DNA of 64,000 nt, from positions 17,057,653-17,121,652 of the forward strand of contig NC_134028.1 of NCBI RefSeq assembly GCF_964204645.1. The letters are read 5' to 3'. The position numbers and the translations under genes were made by a program. Numbering within the stretch: the first letter of the stretch is position 1; each line of letters starts with the position of its first letter. Under the pieces are notes generated by a model. That model saw only the letters and a list, made by a program, of their open reading frames with translations, had not been told where the DNA came from and searched no databases. This document shows, piece after piece, positions 34,601-49,600 of this stretch. The DNA is from Tubulanus polymorphus. Its lineage: Eukaryota > Animalia > Nemertea.

Positions 34601-37600
34601 AATTCACCATTTTGGTTTTGTCGCCCGCGACAATTCATTATTTTGGTTTTGTCGCCCACGACAATTCATTATTTTGGTTTTGTCGCCCGCCACAATTCAC
34701 CATTTTGGTTTTGTCGCCCGCGACAATTCACCATTTTGGTTTTGTCACCCGCGACAATTCATTATTTTGGTTTTATCGCCCGCGACAATTCATTATTTTG
34801 GTTTTGTCGCCCCGACAATTCTTTTTTTTGGTTTTGTCGCCCGCGACAATTCATTATTTTAGTTTTATCGCCCGCGACAATTCAATATTTTGGTTTTATC
34901 ACCAGCGACAATTCATTATTTTAGTTTTATCGCCCGCGACAATTCAATATTTTGGTTTTGTCGCCTGCGACAATTCAATATTTTTGTTTTATCGCCCGCG
35001 ACAATTCATTACTTTAGTTTTATCTCCAGCGACAATTCATTATTTTGGTTTCGTCGCCCGGGATAATTCTTCTTTTTGGTTTTGTCGCCCGCAACAATTC
35101 ATTATTTTGGTTTTATATTTTGTTTAGTTGCCCGCGACAATTTTTTTTTGGTTTTGTCGCCCACGACAATTCAATATTTTGGTTTTATCGCCCGCGATAA
35201 TTCATTTATTTTGGTTTTATCGCCCGCGACACTTCATTATTTTGGTTTTATCGCCCGCGACAATTCATTATTTTGGTTTTGTCACCCGAGACAATTCATC
35301 ATTTTGGTTTTATCGCCCGCGACAATTCATTATTTTGGTTTTGTCCACCGCAACAATTCACCATTTTGGTTTTGTCGCCTGGACAATTCACCATTTTGGT
35401 TTTGTCGCCCGCGACGATTCATTATTTTGGTTTTGTCGCCCCCACAATTCTTTTTTTGGTTTTGTCGCCCGCGACAATTCATTAGTTTGGTTTTGTCGCC
35501 CGCGAAAATTCAATATTTTGGTTTTATCGCCCACGACAATTCACTACTTTGGTTTTATCGCCAGCGACAATTCATTATTTTGGTTTTGTCGACCGCGACA
35601 ATTCTTCTTTTTGCTTTTGTCGCCCGCGACAATTCATTATTTTGGTTTTGTCGCCCGCGACAATTCACCATTTTGGTTTTGTCGCCCACGACAATTCATT
35701 ATTTTTGTTTTGTCGCCCGCGACAATTCACCATTTTGGTTTTGTCGCCCGCGACAATTCACCGTTTTGGTTTTGTCACCCGCGACAATTCAATATTTTGG
35801 TTTTGTCGCCCGCGACAATTCAATATTTCGGTTTTATCGACCGCGACAATTCATTATTTCGGTTTTATCCCCCGCGACAATTCATTATTTTGGTTTTGTC
35901 GCCCCGACAATTCTTTTTTTTGGTTTTGTCGCCGGCGACAATTCATTAGTCTGGTTTTGTCGCCCGCGACAATTCAATATTTTGGTTTTATCGCCCGCGA
36001 CAATTCATTATTTTGGTTTTGTCGCACGCGACAATAGCGACAATTCAATATTTTGGTTTTATCGCCCGCGACAATTCAATATTTTGGTTTTGTCGCCCGC
36101 GACAATTCAATATTTTGGTTTTATCGACTGCGACAATTCATTATTTTGGTTTTATCGCCCGCGACAATTCATTATTTTGGTTTTGTCGCCCCGACAATTC
36201 TTTTTTTTGGTTTTGTCGACGGCGACAATTCATTAGTCTGGTTTTGTCGCCCGCGAAAATTCAATATTTTGGTTTTATCGCCCACGACAATTCACTACTT
36301 TGGTTTTATCGCCAGCGACAATTCATTATTTTGGTTTTGTCGACCGCGACAATTCTTCTTTTTGCTTTTGTCGCCCGCGACAATTCGTTATTTTGGTTTT
36401 GTCGCCCGCGACAATTCACCATTTTGGTTTTGTCGCCCACGACAATTCATTATTTTTGTTTTGTCGCCCGCGACAATTCACCATTTTGGTTTTGTCGCCC
36501 GCGACAATTCACCGTTTTGGTTTTGTCACCCGCGACAATTCAATATTTTGGTTTTGTCGCCCGCGACAATTCAATATTTTGGTTTTATCGACCGCGACAA
36601 TTCATTATTTTGGTTTTATCGCCCGCGACAATTCATTATTTTGGTTTTGTCGCCCCGACAATTCTTTTTTTTTGGTTTTGTCGCCGGCGACAATTCATTA
36701 GTCTGGTTTTGTCGCCCGCGACAATTCAATATTTTGGTTTTATCACCCGCGACAATTCATTATTTTGGTTTTGTCACCCCGACAATTCTTTTTTTTGGTT
36801 TTGTCGCCGGCGACAATTCATTAGTCTGGTTTTGTCGCCCGCGACAATTCAATATTTTGGTTTTATCGCCCGCGACAATTCATTATTTTGGTTTTGTCGC
36901 CCCGACAATTCTTTTTTTTGGTTTTGTCGCCGGCGACAATTCATTAGTCTGGTTTTGTCGCCCGCGACAATTCATTATTTTGGTTTTATCGCCCGCGACA
37001 ATTCATTATTTTGGTTTTGTCGCCCCGACAATTCTTTTTTTTGGTTTTGTCGCCGGCGACAATTCATTAGTCTGGTTTTGTCGCCCACGACAATTCAATA
37101 TTTTGGTTTTATCGCCCGCGACAATTTTTTTCTCTTTTTGTCGCGGTTTTATCGCCTGCGACACTTCAATATTTTGGTTTTATCGCCCGCAACAATTCAT
37201 TATTTTGGTTTTATCGCCCGCGACAATTCATTATTTTGGTTTTGTCACCCGAGACAATTCATCATTTTGGTTTTATCGCCCGCGACAATTCATTATTTTG
37301 GTTTTGTCCCCCGCGACAATTCACCATTTTGGTTTTGTCGCCTGGACAATTCACCATTTTGGTTTTGTCGCCCGCGACGATTCATTATTTTGGTTTTGTC
37401 GCCCCCACAATTCTTTTTTTGGTTTTGTCGCCCGCGACAATTCATTAGTTTGGTTTTGTCGCTTGCGACAATTCATTATTTTGGTTTTGTCGCCCGCGAA
37501 AATTCAATATTTTGGTTTTATCGCCCACGACAATTCACTACTTTGGTTTTATCGCCAGCGACAATTCATTATTTTGGTTTTGTCGACCGCGACAATTCAT

Positions 37601-40600
37601 TATTTTGGTTTTATCGCCCGCGACAATTCATTTTTTGGATTTGTCGCCCACGACAATTCAATATTTTGGTTTTATGGCCTGCGACAATTCATTATTTTAT
37701 CAATTCATTTTTTGGATTTGTCGCCCACGACAATTCAATATTTTGGTTTTATCGCCCATGACAATTCAATATTTTGGTTTTATCGCCCGCGACAATTCAT
37801 TATTTTGGTTTTGTCGCACACGACAATGGCGACAATTCAAGATTTTGGTTTTATCGCCCACGACAATTCAATATTTTGGTTTTATCGCCCGCGACAATTC
37901 ATTATTTTGGTTTTATCGCCGCGACAATTTTTTTCTCTTTTTGTCGCGGTTTTATCGCCTGCGACACTTCAATATTTTGGTTTTATCGCCCGCAACAATT
38001 CATTATTTTGGTTTTGTATTTTGTTTTTGTCGTCCGCGACAATTTTTTTTAATGGTTTTGTCGCCCGCGACAATTCAATATTTTGGTTTTATCGCCCGCG
38101 ACAATTCATTATTTTGGTTTTGTCGCCCGCGACAATTCATTATTTTGGTTTTATCGCCGTGACAATTCATTATTTTAGTTTTATCGCCCGCGACAATTCA
38201 TTATTTTGGTTTTGTCGCACCGACAATTCTTTTTTTGGTTTTGTCGCCCGCGACAATTCATTAATTTGGTTTTGTCGCCCGCGTTAATTCATTAGTCTGG
38301 TTTTGTCGCCCGCGACAAATCAATATTTTGGTTTTGTCGCCCGCGACAATTCAATATTTTGGTTTTATCGCCCGCGACAATTCATTACTTTAGTTTTATC
38401 TCCAGCGACAATTCATTATTTTTGTTTTGTCGACCGGGACAATTCTTCTTTTTGGTTTTGTCGCCCGCAACAATTCATAATTTTGGTTTTATATTTTGTT
38501 TTAGTTGCCCGCGACAATTTTTTTTTGGTTTTGTCGCCCACGACAATTCAATATTTTGGTTTTATCGCCCGCGATAATTCATTATTTTGGTTTTATCGCC
38601 CGCGACAATTCATTATTTTGGTTTTATCGCCCGCGACAATTCATTATTTTGGTTTTGTCACCCGAGACAATTCATCATTTTGGTTTTATCGCCCGCGACA
38701 ATTCATTATTTTGGTTTTGTCGCCCGCGACAATTCACCATTTTGGTTTTGTCGCCCACGACAATTCATTATTTTGGTTTTGTCGCCAGCGACAATTCACC
38801 ATTTTGGTTTTGTCGCCCGCGACAATTCACCGTTTTGGTTTTGTCACCCGCGACAATTCATTATTTTGGTTTTATCGCCCGCGACAATTCATTATTTTGG
38901 TTTTGTCGCCCCGACAATTCTTTTTTTTGGTTTTGTCGCCCGCGACAATTCATTATTTTAGTTTTATCGCCCGCGACAATTCAATATTTTGGTTTTATCA
39001 CCCGCGACAATTCATTATTTTAGTTTTATCGCCCGCGACAATTCAATATTTTGGTTTTGTCGCCTGCGACAATTCAATATTTTGGTTTTATCGCCCGCGA
39101 CAATTCATTACTTTAGTTTTATCTCCAGCGACAATTCATTATTTTGGTTTTGTCGCCCGGGATAATTCTTGTTTTTGGTTTTGTCGCCCGCAACAATTCA
39201 TTATTTTGGTTTTATCGCCCGCGATAATTCATTATTTTGGTTTTATCGCCCGCGACAATTCATTTTTTGGATTTGTCGCCCGCGACAATTCAATATTTTG
39301 GTTTTATCGCCCGCGACAATTCATTATTTTGGTTTTATCGCCCGCGACAATTCATTATTTTGGTTTTGTCACCCGAGACAATTCATCATTTTGGTTTTAT
39401 CGCCCGCGACAATTCATTATTTTGGTTTTGTCCCCCGCGACAATTCACCATTTTGGTTTTGTCGCCTGGACAATTCACCATTTTGGTTTTGTCGCCCGCG
39501 ACGATTCATTATTTTGGTTTTGTCGCCCCCACAATTCTTTTTTTGGTTTTGTCGCCCGCGACAATTCATTAGTTTGGTTTTGTCGCCGGCGACAATTCAT
39601 TATTTTGGTTTTGTCGACCGCGACAATTCTTCTTTTTGGTTTTGTCGCCCGCGACAATTCATTATTTTGGTTTTGTCGCCCGCGACAATTCACCATTTTG
39701 GTTTTGTCGCCCGCGACAATTCACCATTTTGGTTTTGTCGCCCGCGACAATTCACCGTTTTGGTTTTGTCACCCGCGACAATTCATTATTTTGGTTTTAT
39801 GGCCCGCGACAATTCATTATTTTGGTTTTGTCGCCCGCGACAATTCACCATTTTGGTTTTGTCGCCCGCGACAATTCACCGTTTTGGTTTTGTCACCCGC
39901 GACAATTCATTATTTTGGTTTTATCGCCCGCGACAATTCATTATTTTGGTTTTGTCGCCAGCGACAATTCACCATTTTGGTTTTGTCGCGCGCGACAATT
40001 CACCGTTTTGGTTTTGTCACCCGCGACAATTCATTATTTTGGTTTTATCGCCCGCGACAATTCATTATTTTGGTTTTGTCGCCCGCGACAATTCATTATT
40101 TTGGTTTTGTCGCCCCGACAATTCTTTTTTTTGGTTTTGTCGCCGGCGACAATTCATTAGTCTGGTTTTGTCGCCCACGACAATTCAATATTTTGGTTTT
40201 ATCGCCCGCGACAATTCATTATTTTGGTTTTATCGCCCGCGACAATTTTTTTCTCTTTTTGTCGCGGTTTTATCGCCTGCGACACTTCAATATTTTGGTT
40301 TTATCGCCCGCAACAATTCATTATTTTGGTTTTATCGCCCGCGACAATTCATTATTTTGGTTTTATCGCCCGCGACAATTCATTATTTTGGTTTTGTCAC
40401 CCGAGACAATTCATCATTTTGGTTTTATCGCCCGCGACAATTCATTATTTTGGTTTTGTCCCCCGTGACAATTCACCATTTTGGTTTTGTTGCCTGGACA
40501 ATTCACCATTTTGGTTTTGTCGCCCGCGACGATTCATTATTTTGGTTTTGTCGCCCCCACAATTCTTTTTTTGGTTTTGTCGCCCGCGACAATTCATTAG

Positions 40601-43600
40601 TTTGGTTTTGTCGCCGGCGACAATTCATTATTTTGGTTTTGTCCCCCGTGACAATTCACCATTTTGGTTTTGTCGCCCGCGACAATTCACCGTTTTGGTT
40701 TTGTCACCCGCGACAATTCATTATTTTGGTTTTATCGCCTGCGACAATTCAATATTTTGGTTTTGTCGCCCGCGACAATTCAATATTTTGGTTTTATCGA
40801 CCGCGACAATTCATTATTTTGGTTTTATCGCCCGCGACAATTCACTATTTTGGTTTTGTCGCCCCGACAATTCTTTTTTTTGGTTTTGTCGCCGGCGACA
40901 ATTCATTAGTCTGGTTTTGTCGCCCGCGACAATTCAATATTTTGGTTTTATCGCCCGCGACAATTCATTATTTTGGTTTTGTCGCACGCGACAATAGCGA
41001 CAATTCAATATTTTGGTTTTATCGCCCGCGACAATTCATTATTTTGGTTTTGTCGCCCCGACAATTCTTTTTTTTGGTTTTGTCGCCGGCGACAATTCAT
41101 TAGTCTGGTTTTGTCGCCCGCGACAATTCAATATTTTGGTTTTATCACCCGCGACAATTTATTATTTTGGTTTTGTCGCCCCGACAATTCTTTTTTTTGG
41201 TTTTGTCGCCGGCGACAATTCATTAGTCTGGTTTTGTCGCCCGCGACAATTCAATATTTTGGTTTTATTGCCCGCGACAATTCATTATTTTGGTTTTGTC
41301 GCCCCGACAATTCTTTTTTTTGGTTTTGTCGCCGGCGACAATTCATTAGTCTGGTTTTGTCGCCCACGACAATTCAATATTTTGGTTTTATCGCCCGCGA
41401 CAATTCATTATTTTGGTTTTATCGCCCGCGACAATTTTTTTCTCTTTTTGTCGCGGTTTTATCGCCTGCGACACTTCAATATTTTGGTTTTATCGCCCGC
41501 AACAATTCATTATTTTGGTTTTATCGCCCGCGACAATTCATTATTTTGGTTTTGTCACCCGAGACAATTCATCATTTTGGTTTTATCGCCCGCGACAATT
41601 CATTATTTTGGTTTTGTCCCCCGTGACAATTCACCATTTTGGTTTTGTCGCCTGGACAATTCACCATTTTGGTTTTGTCGCCCGCGACGATTCATTATAT
41701 TGGTTTTGTCGCCCCCACAATTCTTTTTTTGGTTTTGTCGCCCGCGACAATTCATTAGTTTGGTTTTGTCGCTTGCGACAATTCATTATTTTGGTTTTGT
41801 CGCCCGCGAAAATTCAATATTTTGGTTTTATCGCCCACGACAATTCACTACTTTGGTTTTATCGCCAGCGACAATTCATTATTTTGGTTTTGTCGACTGC
41901 GACAATTCATTATTTTGGTTTTATCGCCCGCGACAATTCATTTTTTGGATTTGTCGCCCACGACAATTCAATATTTTGGTTTTATGGCCTGCGACAATTC
42001 ATTATTTTATCAATTCATTTTTTGGATTTGTCGCCCATGACAATTCAATATTTTGGTTTTATCGCCCGCGACAATTCATTATTTTGGTTTTGTCGCACAC
42101 GACAATGGCGACAATTCAAGATTTTGGTTTTATCGCCCACGACAATTCAATATTTTGGTTTTATCGCCCGCGACAATTCATTATTTTGGTTTTATCGCCG
42201 CGACAATTTTTTTCTCTTTTTGTCGCGGTTTTATCGCCTGCGACACTTCAATATTTTGGTTTTATCGCCCGCAACAATTCATTATTTTGGTTTTGTATTT
42301 TGTTTTTGTCGTCCGCGACAATTTTTTTTAATGGTTTTGTCGCCCGCGACAATTCAATATTTTGGTTTTATCGCCCGCGACAATTCATTATTTTGGTTTT
42401 GTCGCCCGCGACAATTCATTATTTTGGTTTTATCGCCGTGACAATTCATTATTTTAGTTTTATCGCCCGCAACAATTCATTATTTTGGTTTTGTCGCACC
42501 GACAATTCTTTTTTTGGTTTTGTCGCCCGCGACAATTCATTAATTTGGTTTTGTCGCCCGCGTTAATTCATTAGTCTGGTTTTGTCGCCCGCGACAAATC
42601 AATATTTTGGTTTTGTCGCCCGCGACAATTCAATATTTTGGTTTTATCGCCCGCGACAATTCATTACTTTAGTTTTATCTCCAGCGACAATTCATTATTT
42701 TGGTTTTGTCGCCCGGGACAATTCTTCTTTTTGGTTTTGTCGCCCGCAACAATTCATTATTTTGGTTTTATATTTTGTTTTAGTTGCCCGCGACAATTTT
42801 TTTTTTGGTTTTGTCGCCCACGACAATTCAATATTTTGGTTTTATCGCCCGCGATAATTCATTATTTTGGTTTTATCGCCCGCGACAATTCATTATTTTG
42901 GTTTTATCGCCCGCGACAATTCATTATTTTGGTTTTGTCACCCGAGACAATTCATCATTTTGGTTTTATCGCCCGCGACAATTCATTATTTTGGTTTTGT
43001 CGCCCGCGACAATTCACCATTTTGGTTTTGTCGCCCACGACAATTCATTATTTTGGTTTTATCGCCCGCGACAATTCACTATTTTGGTTTTGTCGCCCCG
43101 ACAATTCTTTTTTTTGGTTTTGTCGCCGGCGACAATTCATTAGTCTGGTTTTGTCGCCCGCGACAATTCAATATTTTGGTTTTATCGCCCGCGACAATTC
43201 ATTATTTTGGTTTTGTCGCACGCGACAATAGCGACAATTCAATATTTTGGTTTTATCGCCCGCGACAATTCATTATTTTGGTTTTGTCGCCCCGACAATT
43301 CTTTTTTTTGGTTTTGTCGCCGGCGACAATTCATTAGTCTGGTTTTGTCGCCCGCGACAATTCAATATTTTGGTTTTATCACCCGCGACAATTTATTATT
43401 TTGGTTTTGTCGCCCCGACAATTCTTTTTTTTGGTTTTGTCGCCGGCGACAATTCATTAGTCTGGTTTTGTCGCCCGCGACAATTCAATATTTTGGTTTT
43501 ATTGCCCGCGACAATTCATTATTTTGGTTTTGTCGCCCCGACAATTCTTTTTTTTGGTTTTGTCGCCGGCGACAATTCATTAGTCTGGTTTTGTCGCCCG

Positions 43601-46600
43601 CGACAATTCATTATTTTGGTTTTATCGCCCGCGACAATTCATTATTTTGGTTTTGTCGCCCCGACAATTCTTTTTTTTGGTTTTGTCGCCGGCGACAATT
43701 CATTAGTCTGGTTTTGTCGCCCACGACAATTCAATATTTTGGTTTTATCGCCCGCGACAATTTTTTTCTCTTTTTGTCGCGGTTTTATCGCCTGCGACAC
43801 TTCAATATTTTGGTTTTATCGCCCGCAACAATTCATTATTTTGGTTTTATCGCCCGCGACAATTCATTATTTTGGTTTTATCGCCCGCGACAATTCATTA
43901 TTTTGGTTTTGTCACCCGAGACAATTCATCATTTTGGTTTTATCGCCCGCGACAATTCATTATTTTGGTTTTGTCCCCCGTGACAATTCACCATTTTGGT
44001 TTTGTCGCCTGGACAATTCACCATTTTGGTTTTGTCGCCCGCGACGATTCATTATTTTGGTTTTGTCGCCCCCACAATTCTTTTTTTGGTTTTATCGCCC
44101 GCGACAATTTTTTTCTCTTTTTGTCGCGGTTTTATCGCCTGCGACACTTCAATATTTTGGTTTTATCGCCCGCAACAATTCATTATTTTGGTTTTATCGC
44201 CCGCGACAATTCATTATTTTGGTTTTATCGCCCGCGACAATTCATTATTTTGGTTTTGTCACCCGAGACAATTCATCATTTTGGTTTTATCGCCCGCGAC
44301 AATTCATTATTTTGGTTTTGTCCCCCGTGACAATTCACCATTTTGGTTTTGTCGCCTGGACAATTCACCATTTTGGTTTTGTCGCCCGCGACGATTCATT
44401 ATTTTGGTTTTGTCGCCCCCACAATTCTTTTTTTGGTTTTGTCGCCCGCGACAATTCATTAGTTTGGTTTTGTCGCTTGCGACAATTCATTACTTTGGTT
44501 TTGTCGCCCGCGAAAATTCAATATTTTGGTTTTATCGCCCACGAAAATTCACTACTTTGGTTTTATCGCCAGCGACAATTCATTATTTTGGTTTTGTCGA
44601 CCGCGACAATTCATTATTTTGGTTTTATCGCCCGCGACAATTCATTTTTTGGATTTGTCGCCCACGACAATTCAATATTTTGGTTTTATGGCCTGCGACA
44701 ATTCATTATTTTATCAATTCATTTTTTGGATTTGTCGCCCACGACAATTCAATATTTTGGTTTTATCGCCCGCGACAATTCATTGTTTTGGTTTTATCGC
44801 CCGCGACAATTCATTATTTTGGTTTTGTCGCACACGACAATGGCGACAATTCAATATTTTGGTTTTATCGCCCGCGACAATTCATTGTTTTGGTTTTATC
44901 GCCCGCGACAATTCATTATTTTGGTTTTGTCGCACACGACAATGGCGACAATTCAAGATTTTGGTTTTATCGCCCACGACAATTCAATATTTTGGTTTTA
45001 TCGCCCGCGACAATTCATTATTTTGATTTTATCGCCCGCGACAATTCATTATTTTTGTTTTGTCGCCCCGACAATTCTTTTTTTTGGTTTTGTCGCCGGC
45101 GACAATTCATTAGTCTGGTTTTGTCGCCCGCGACAATTCAATATTTTGGTTTTATCGCCCGCGACAATTCATTATTTTGGTTTTGTCGCACGCGACAATA
45201 GCGACAATTCAATATTTTGGTTTTATCGCCCGCGACAATTCATTATTTTGGTTTTATCGCCCGCGACAATTTTTTTCTCTTTTTGTCGCGGTTTTATCGC
45301 CTGCGACACTTCAATATTTTGGTTTTATCGCCCGCAACAATTCATTATTTTGGTTTTATCGCCCGCGACAATTCATTATTTTGGTTTTGTCACCCGAGAC
45401 AATTCATCATTTTGGTTTTATCGCCCGCGACAATTCATTATTTTGGTTTTGTCCCCCGTGACAATTCACCATTTTGGTTTTGTCGCCTGGACAATTCACC
45501 ATTTTGGTTTTGTCGCCCGCGACGATTCATTATATTGGTTTTGTCGCCCCCACAATTCTTTTTTTGGTTTTGTCGCCCGCGACAATTCATTAGTTTGGTT
45601 TTGTCGCTTGCGACAATTCATTATTTTGGTTTTGTCGCCCGCGAAAATTCAATATTTTGGTTTTATCGCCCACGACAATTCACTACTTTGGTTTTATCGC
45701 CAGCGACAATTTATTATTTTGGTTTTGTCGACTGCGACAATTCATTATTTTGGTTTTATCGCCCGCGACAATTCATTTTTTGGATTTGTCGCCCACGACA
45801 ATTCAATATTTTGGTTTTATGGCCTGCGACAATTCATTATTTTATCAATTCATTTTTTGGATTTGTCGCCCATGACAATTCAATATTTTGGTTTTATCGC
45901 CCGCGACAATTCATTATTTTGGTTTTGTCGCACACGACAATGGCGACAATTCAAGATTTTGGTTTTATCGCCCACGACAATTCAATATTTTGGTTTTATC
46001 GCCCGCGACAATTCATTATTTTGGTTTTATCGCCGCGACAATTTTTTTCTCTTTTTGTCGCGGTTTTATCGCCTGCGACACTTCAATATTTTGGTTTTAT
46101 CGCCCGCAACAATTCATTATTTTGGTTTTGTATTTTGTTTTTGTCGTCCGCGACAATTTTTTTTAATGGTTTTGTCGCCCGCGACAATTCAATATTTTGG
46201 TTTTATCGCCCGCGACAATTCATTATTTTGGTTTTGTCGCCCGCGACAATTCATTATTTTGGTTTTATCGCCGTGACAATTCATTATTTTAGTTTTATCG
46301 CCCGCAACAATTCATTATTTTGGTTTTGTCGCACCGACAATTCTTTTTTTGGTTTTGTCGCCCGCGACAATTCATTAATTTGGTTTTGTCGCCCGCGTTA
46401 ATTCATTAGTCTGGTTTTGTCGCCCGCGACAAATCAATATTTTGGTTTTGTCGCCCGCGACAATTCAATATTTTGGTTTTATCGCCCGCGACAATTCATT
46501 ACTTTAGTTTTATCTCCAGCGACAATTCATTATTTTTGTTTTGTCGCCCGGGACAATTCTTCTTTTTGGTTTTGTCGCCCGCAACAATTCATTATTTTGG

Positions 46601-49600
46601 TTTTATATTTTGTTTTAGTTGCCCGCGACAATTTTTTTTTTGGTTTTGTCGCCCACGACAATTCAATATTTTGGTTTTATCGCCCGCGATAATTCATTAT
46701 TTTGGTTTTATCGCCCGCGACAATTCATTATTTTGGTTTTATCGCCCGCGACAATTCATTATTTTGGTTTTGTCACCCGAGACAATTCATCATTTTGGTT
46801 TTATCGCCCGCGACAATTCATTATTTTGGTTTTGTCGCCCGCGACAATTCACCATTTTGGTTTTGTCGCCCACGACAATTCATTATTTTGGTTTTGTCGC
46901 CAGCGACAATTCACCATTTTGGTTTTGTCGCCCGCGACAATTCACCGTTTTGGTTTTGTCACCCGCGACAATTCATTATTTTGGTTTTATCGCCCGCGAC
47001 AATTCATTATTTTGGTTTTGTCGCCCCGACAATTCTTTTTTTTTGGTTTTGTCGCCCGCGACAATTCATTATTTTAGTTTTATCGCCCGCGACAATTCAA
47101 TATTTTGGTTTTATCACCCGCGACAATTCATTATTTTAGTTTTATCGCCCGCGACAATTCAAGATTTTGGTTTTGTCGCCTGCGACAATTCAATATTTTG
47201 GTTTTATCGCCCGCGACAATTCATTACTTTAGTTTTATCTCCAGCGACAATTCATTATTTTGGTTTTGTCGCCCGGGATAATTCTTGTTTTTGGTTTTGT
47301 CGCCCGCAACAATTCATTATTTTGGTTTTATCGCCCGCGATAATTCATTATTTTGGTTTTATCGCCCGCGACAATTCATTTTTTGGATTTGTCGCCCGCG
47401 ACAATTCAATATTTTGGTTTTATCGCCCGCGACAATTCATTATTTTGGTTTTATCGCCCGCGACAATTCATTATTTTGGTTTTGTCACCCGAGACAATTC
47501 ATCATTTTGGTTTTATCGCCCGCGACAATTCATTATTTTGGTTTTGTCCCCCGCGACAATTCACCATTTTGGTTTTGTCGCCTGGACAATTCACCATTTT
47601 GGTTTTGTCGCCCGCGACGATTCATTATTTTGGTTTTGTCGCCCCCACAATTCTTTTTTTGGTTTTGTCGCCCGCGACAATTCATTAGTTTGGTTTTGTC
47701 GCCGGCGACAATTCATTATTTTGGTTTTGTCGCCCGCGACAATTCACCATTTTGGTTTTGTCGCCCACGACAATTCACCATTTTGGTTTTGTCGCCCGCG
47801 ACAATTCACCGTTTTGGTTTTGTCACCCGCGACAATTCATTATTTTGGTTTTATCGCCCGCGACAATTCATTATTTTGGTTTTGTCGCCCGCGACAATTC
47901 ACCATTTTGGTTTTGTCGCCCGCGACAATTCACCGTTTTGGTTTTGTCACCCGCGACAATTCATTATTTTGGTTTTATCGCCCGCGACAATTCATTATTT
48001 TGGTTTTGTCGCCAGCGACAATTCACCATTTTGGTTTTGTCGCGCGCGACAATTCACCGTTTTGGTTTTGTCACCCGCGACAATTCATTATTTTGGTTTT
48101 ATCGCCCGCGACAATTCATTATTTTGGTTTTGTCGCCCGCGACAATTCATTATTTTGGTTTTGTCGCCCCGACAATTCTTTTTTTTGGTTTTGTCGCCGG
48201 CGACAATTCATTAGTCTGGTTTTGTCGCCCACGACAATTCAATATTTTGGTTTTATCGCCCGCGACAATTCATTATTTTGGTTTTATCGCCCGCGACAAT
48301 TTTTTTCTCTTTTTGTCGCGGTTTTATCGCCTGCGACACTTCAATATTTTGGTTTTATCGCCCGCAACAATTCATTATTTTGGTTTTATCGCCCGCGACA
48401 ATTCATTATTTTGGTTTTATCGCCCGCGACAATTCATTATTTTGGTTTTGTCACCCGAGACAATTCATCATTTTGGTTTTATCGCCCGCGACAATTCATT
48501 ATTTTGGTTTTGTCCCCCGTGACAATTCACCATTTTGGTTTTGTCGCCTGGACAATTCACCATTTTGGTTTTGTCGCCCGCGACGATTCATTATTTTGGT
48601 TTTGTCGCCCCCACAATTCTTTTTTTGGTTTTGTCGCCCGCGACAATTCATTAGTTTGGTTTTGTCGCCGGCGACAATTCATTATTTTGGTTTTGTCCCC
48701 CGTGACAATTCACCATTTTGGTTTTGTCGCCCGCGACAATTCACCGTTTTGGTTTTGTCACCCGCGACAATTCATTATTTTGGTTTTATCGCCCGCGACA
48801 ATTCATTATTTTGGTTTTGTCGCCCCGACAATTCTTTTTTTTGGTTTTGTCGCCCGCGACAATTCATTATTTTAGTTTTATCGCCCGCGACAATTCAATA
48901 TTTTGGTTTTATCACCCGCGACAATTCATTATTTTAGTTTTATCGCCCGCGACAATTCAATATTTTGGTTTTGTCGCCTGCGACAATTCAATATTTTGGT
49001 TTTATCGCCCGCGACAATTCATTACTTTAGTTTTATCTCCAGCGACAATTCATTATTTTGGTTTTGTCGCCCGGGATAATTCTTCTTTTTGGTTTTGTCG
49101 CCCGCAACAATTCATTATTTTGGTTTTATCGCCCGCGATAATTCATTATTTTGGTTTTATCGCCCGCGACAATTCATTTTTTGGATTTGTCGCCCACGAC
49201 AATTCAATATTTTGGTTTTATCGCCCGCGACAATTCATTATTTTGGTTTTATCGCCCGCGACAATTCATTATTTTGGTTTTGTCACCCGAGACAATTCAT
49301 CATTTTGGTTTTATCGCCCGCGACAATTCATTATTTTGGTTTAATCGCCCACGACAATTCATTATTTTGGTTTTATCGCCCGCGACAATTCATTATTTTA
49401 GTTTTATCGCCCGCGACAATTCAATATTTTGGTTTTGTCGCCCGCGACAATTCAATATTTTGGTTTTATCGCCCGCGACAATTCATTACTTTAGTTTTAT
49501 CTCCAGCGACAATTCATTATTTTGGTTTTGTCGCCCGGGACAATTCTTCTTTTTGGTTTTGTCGCCCGCAACAATTCATTATTTTGGTTTTATATTTTGT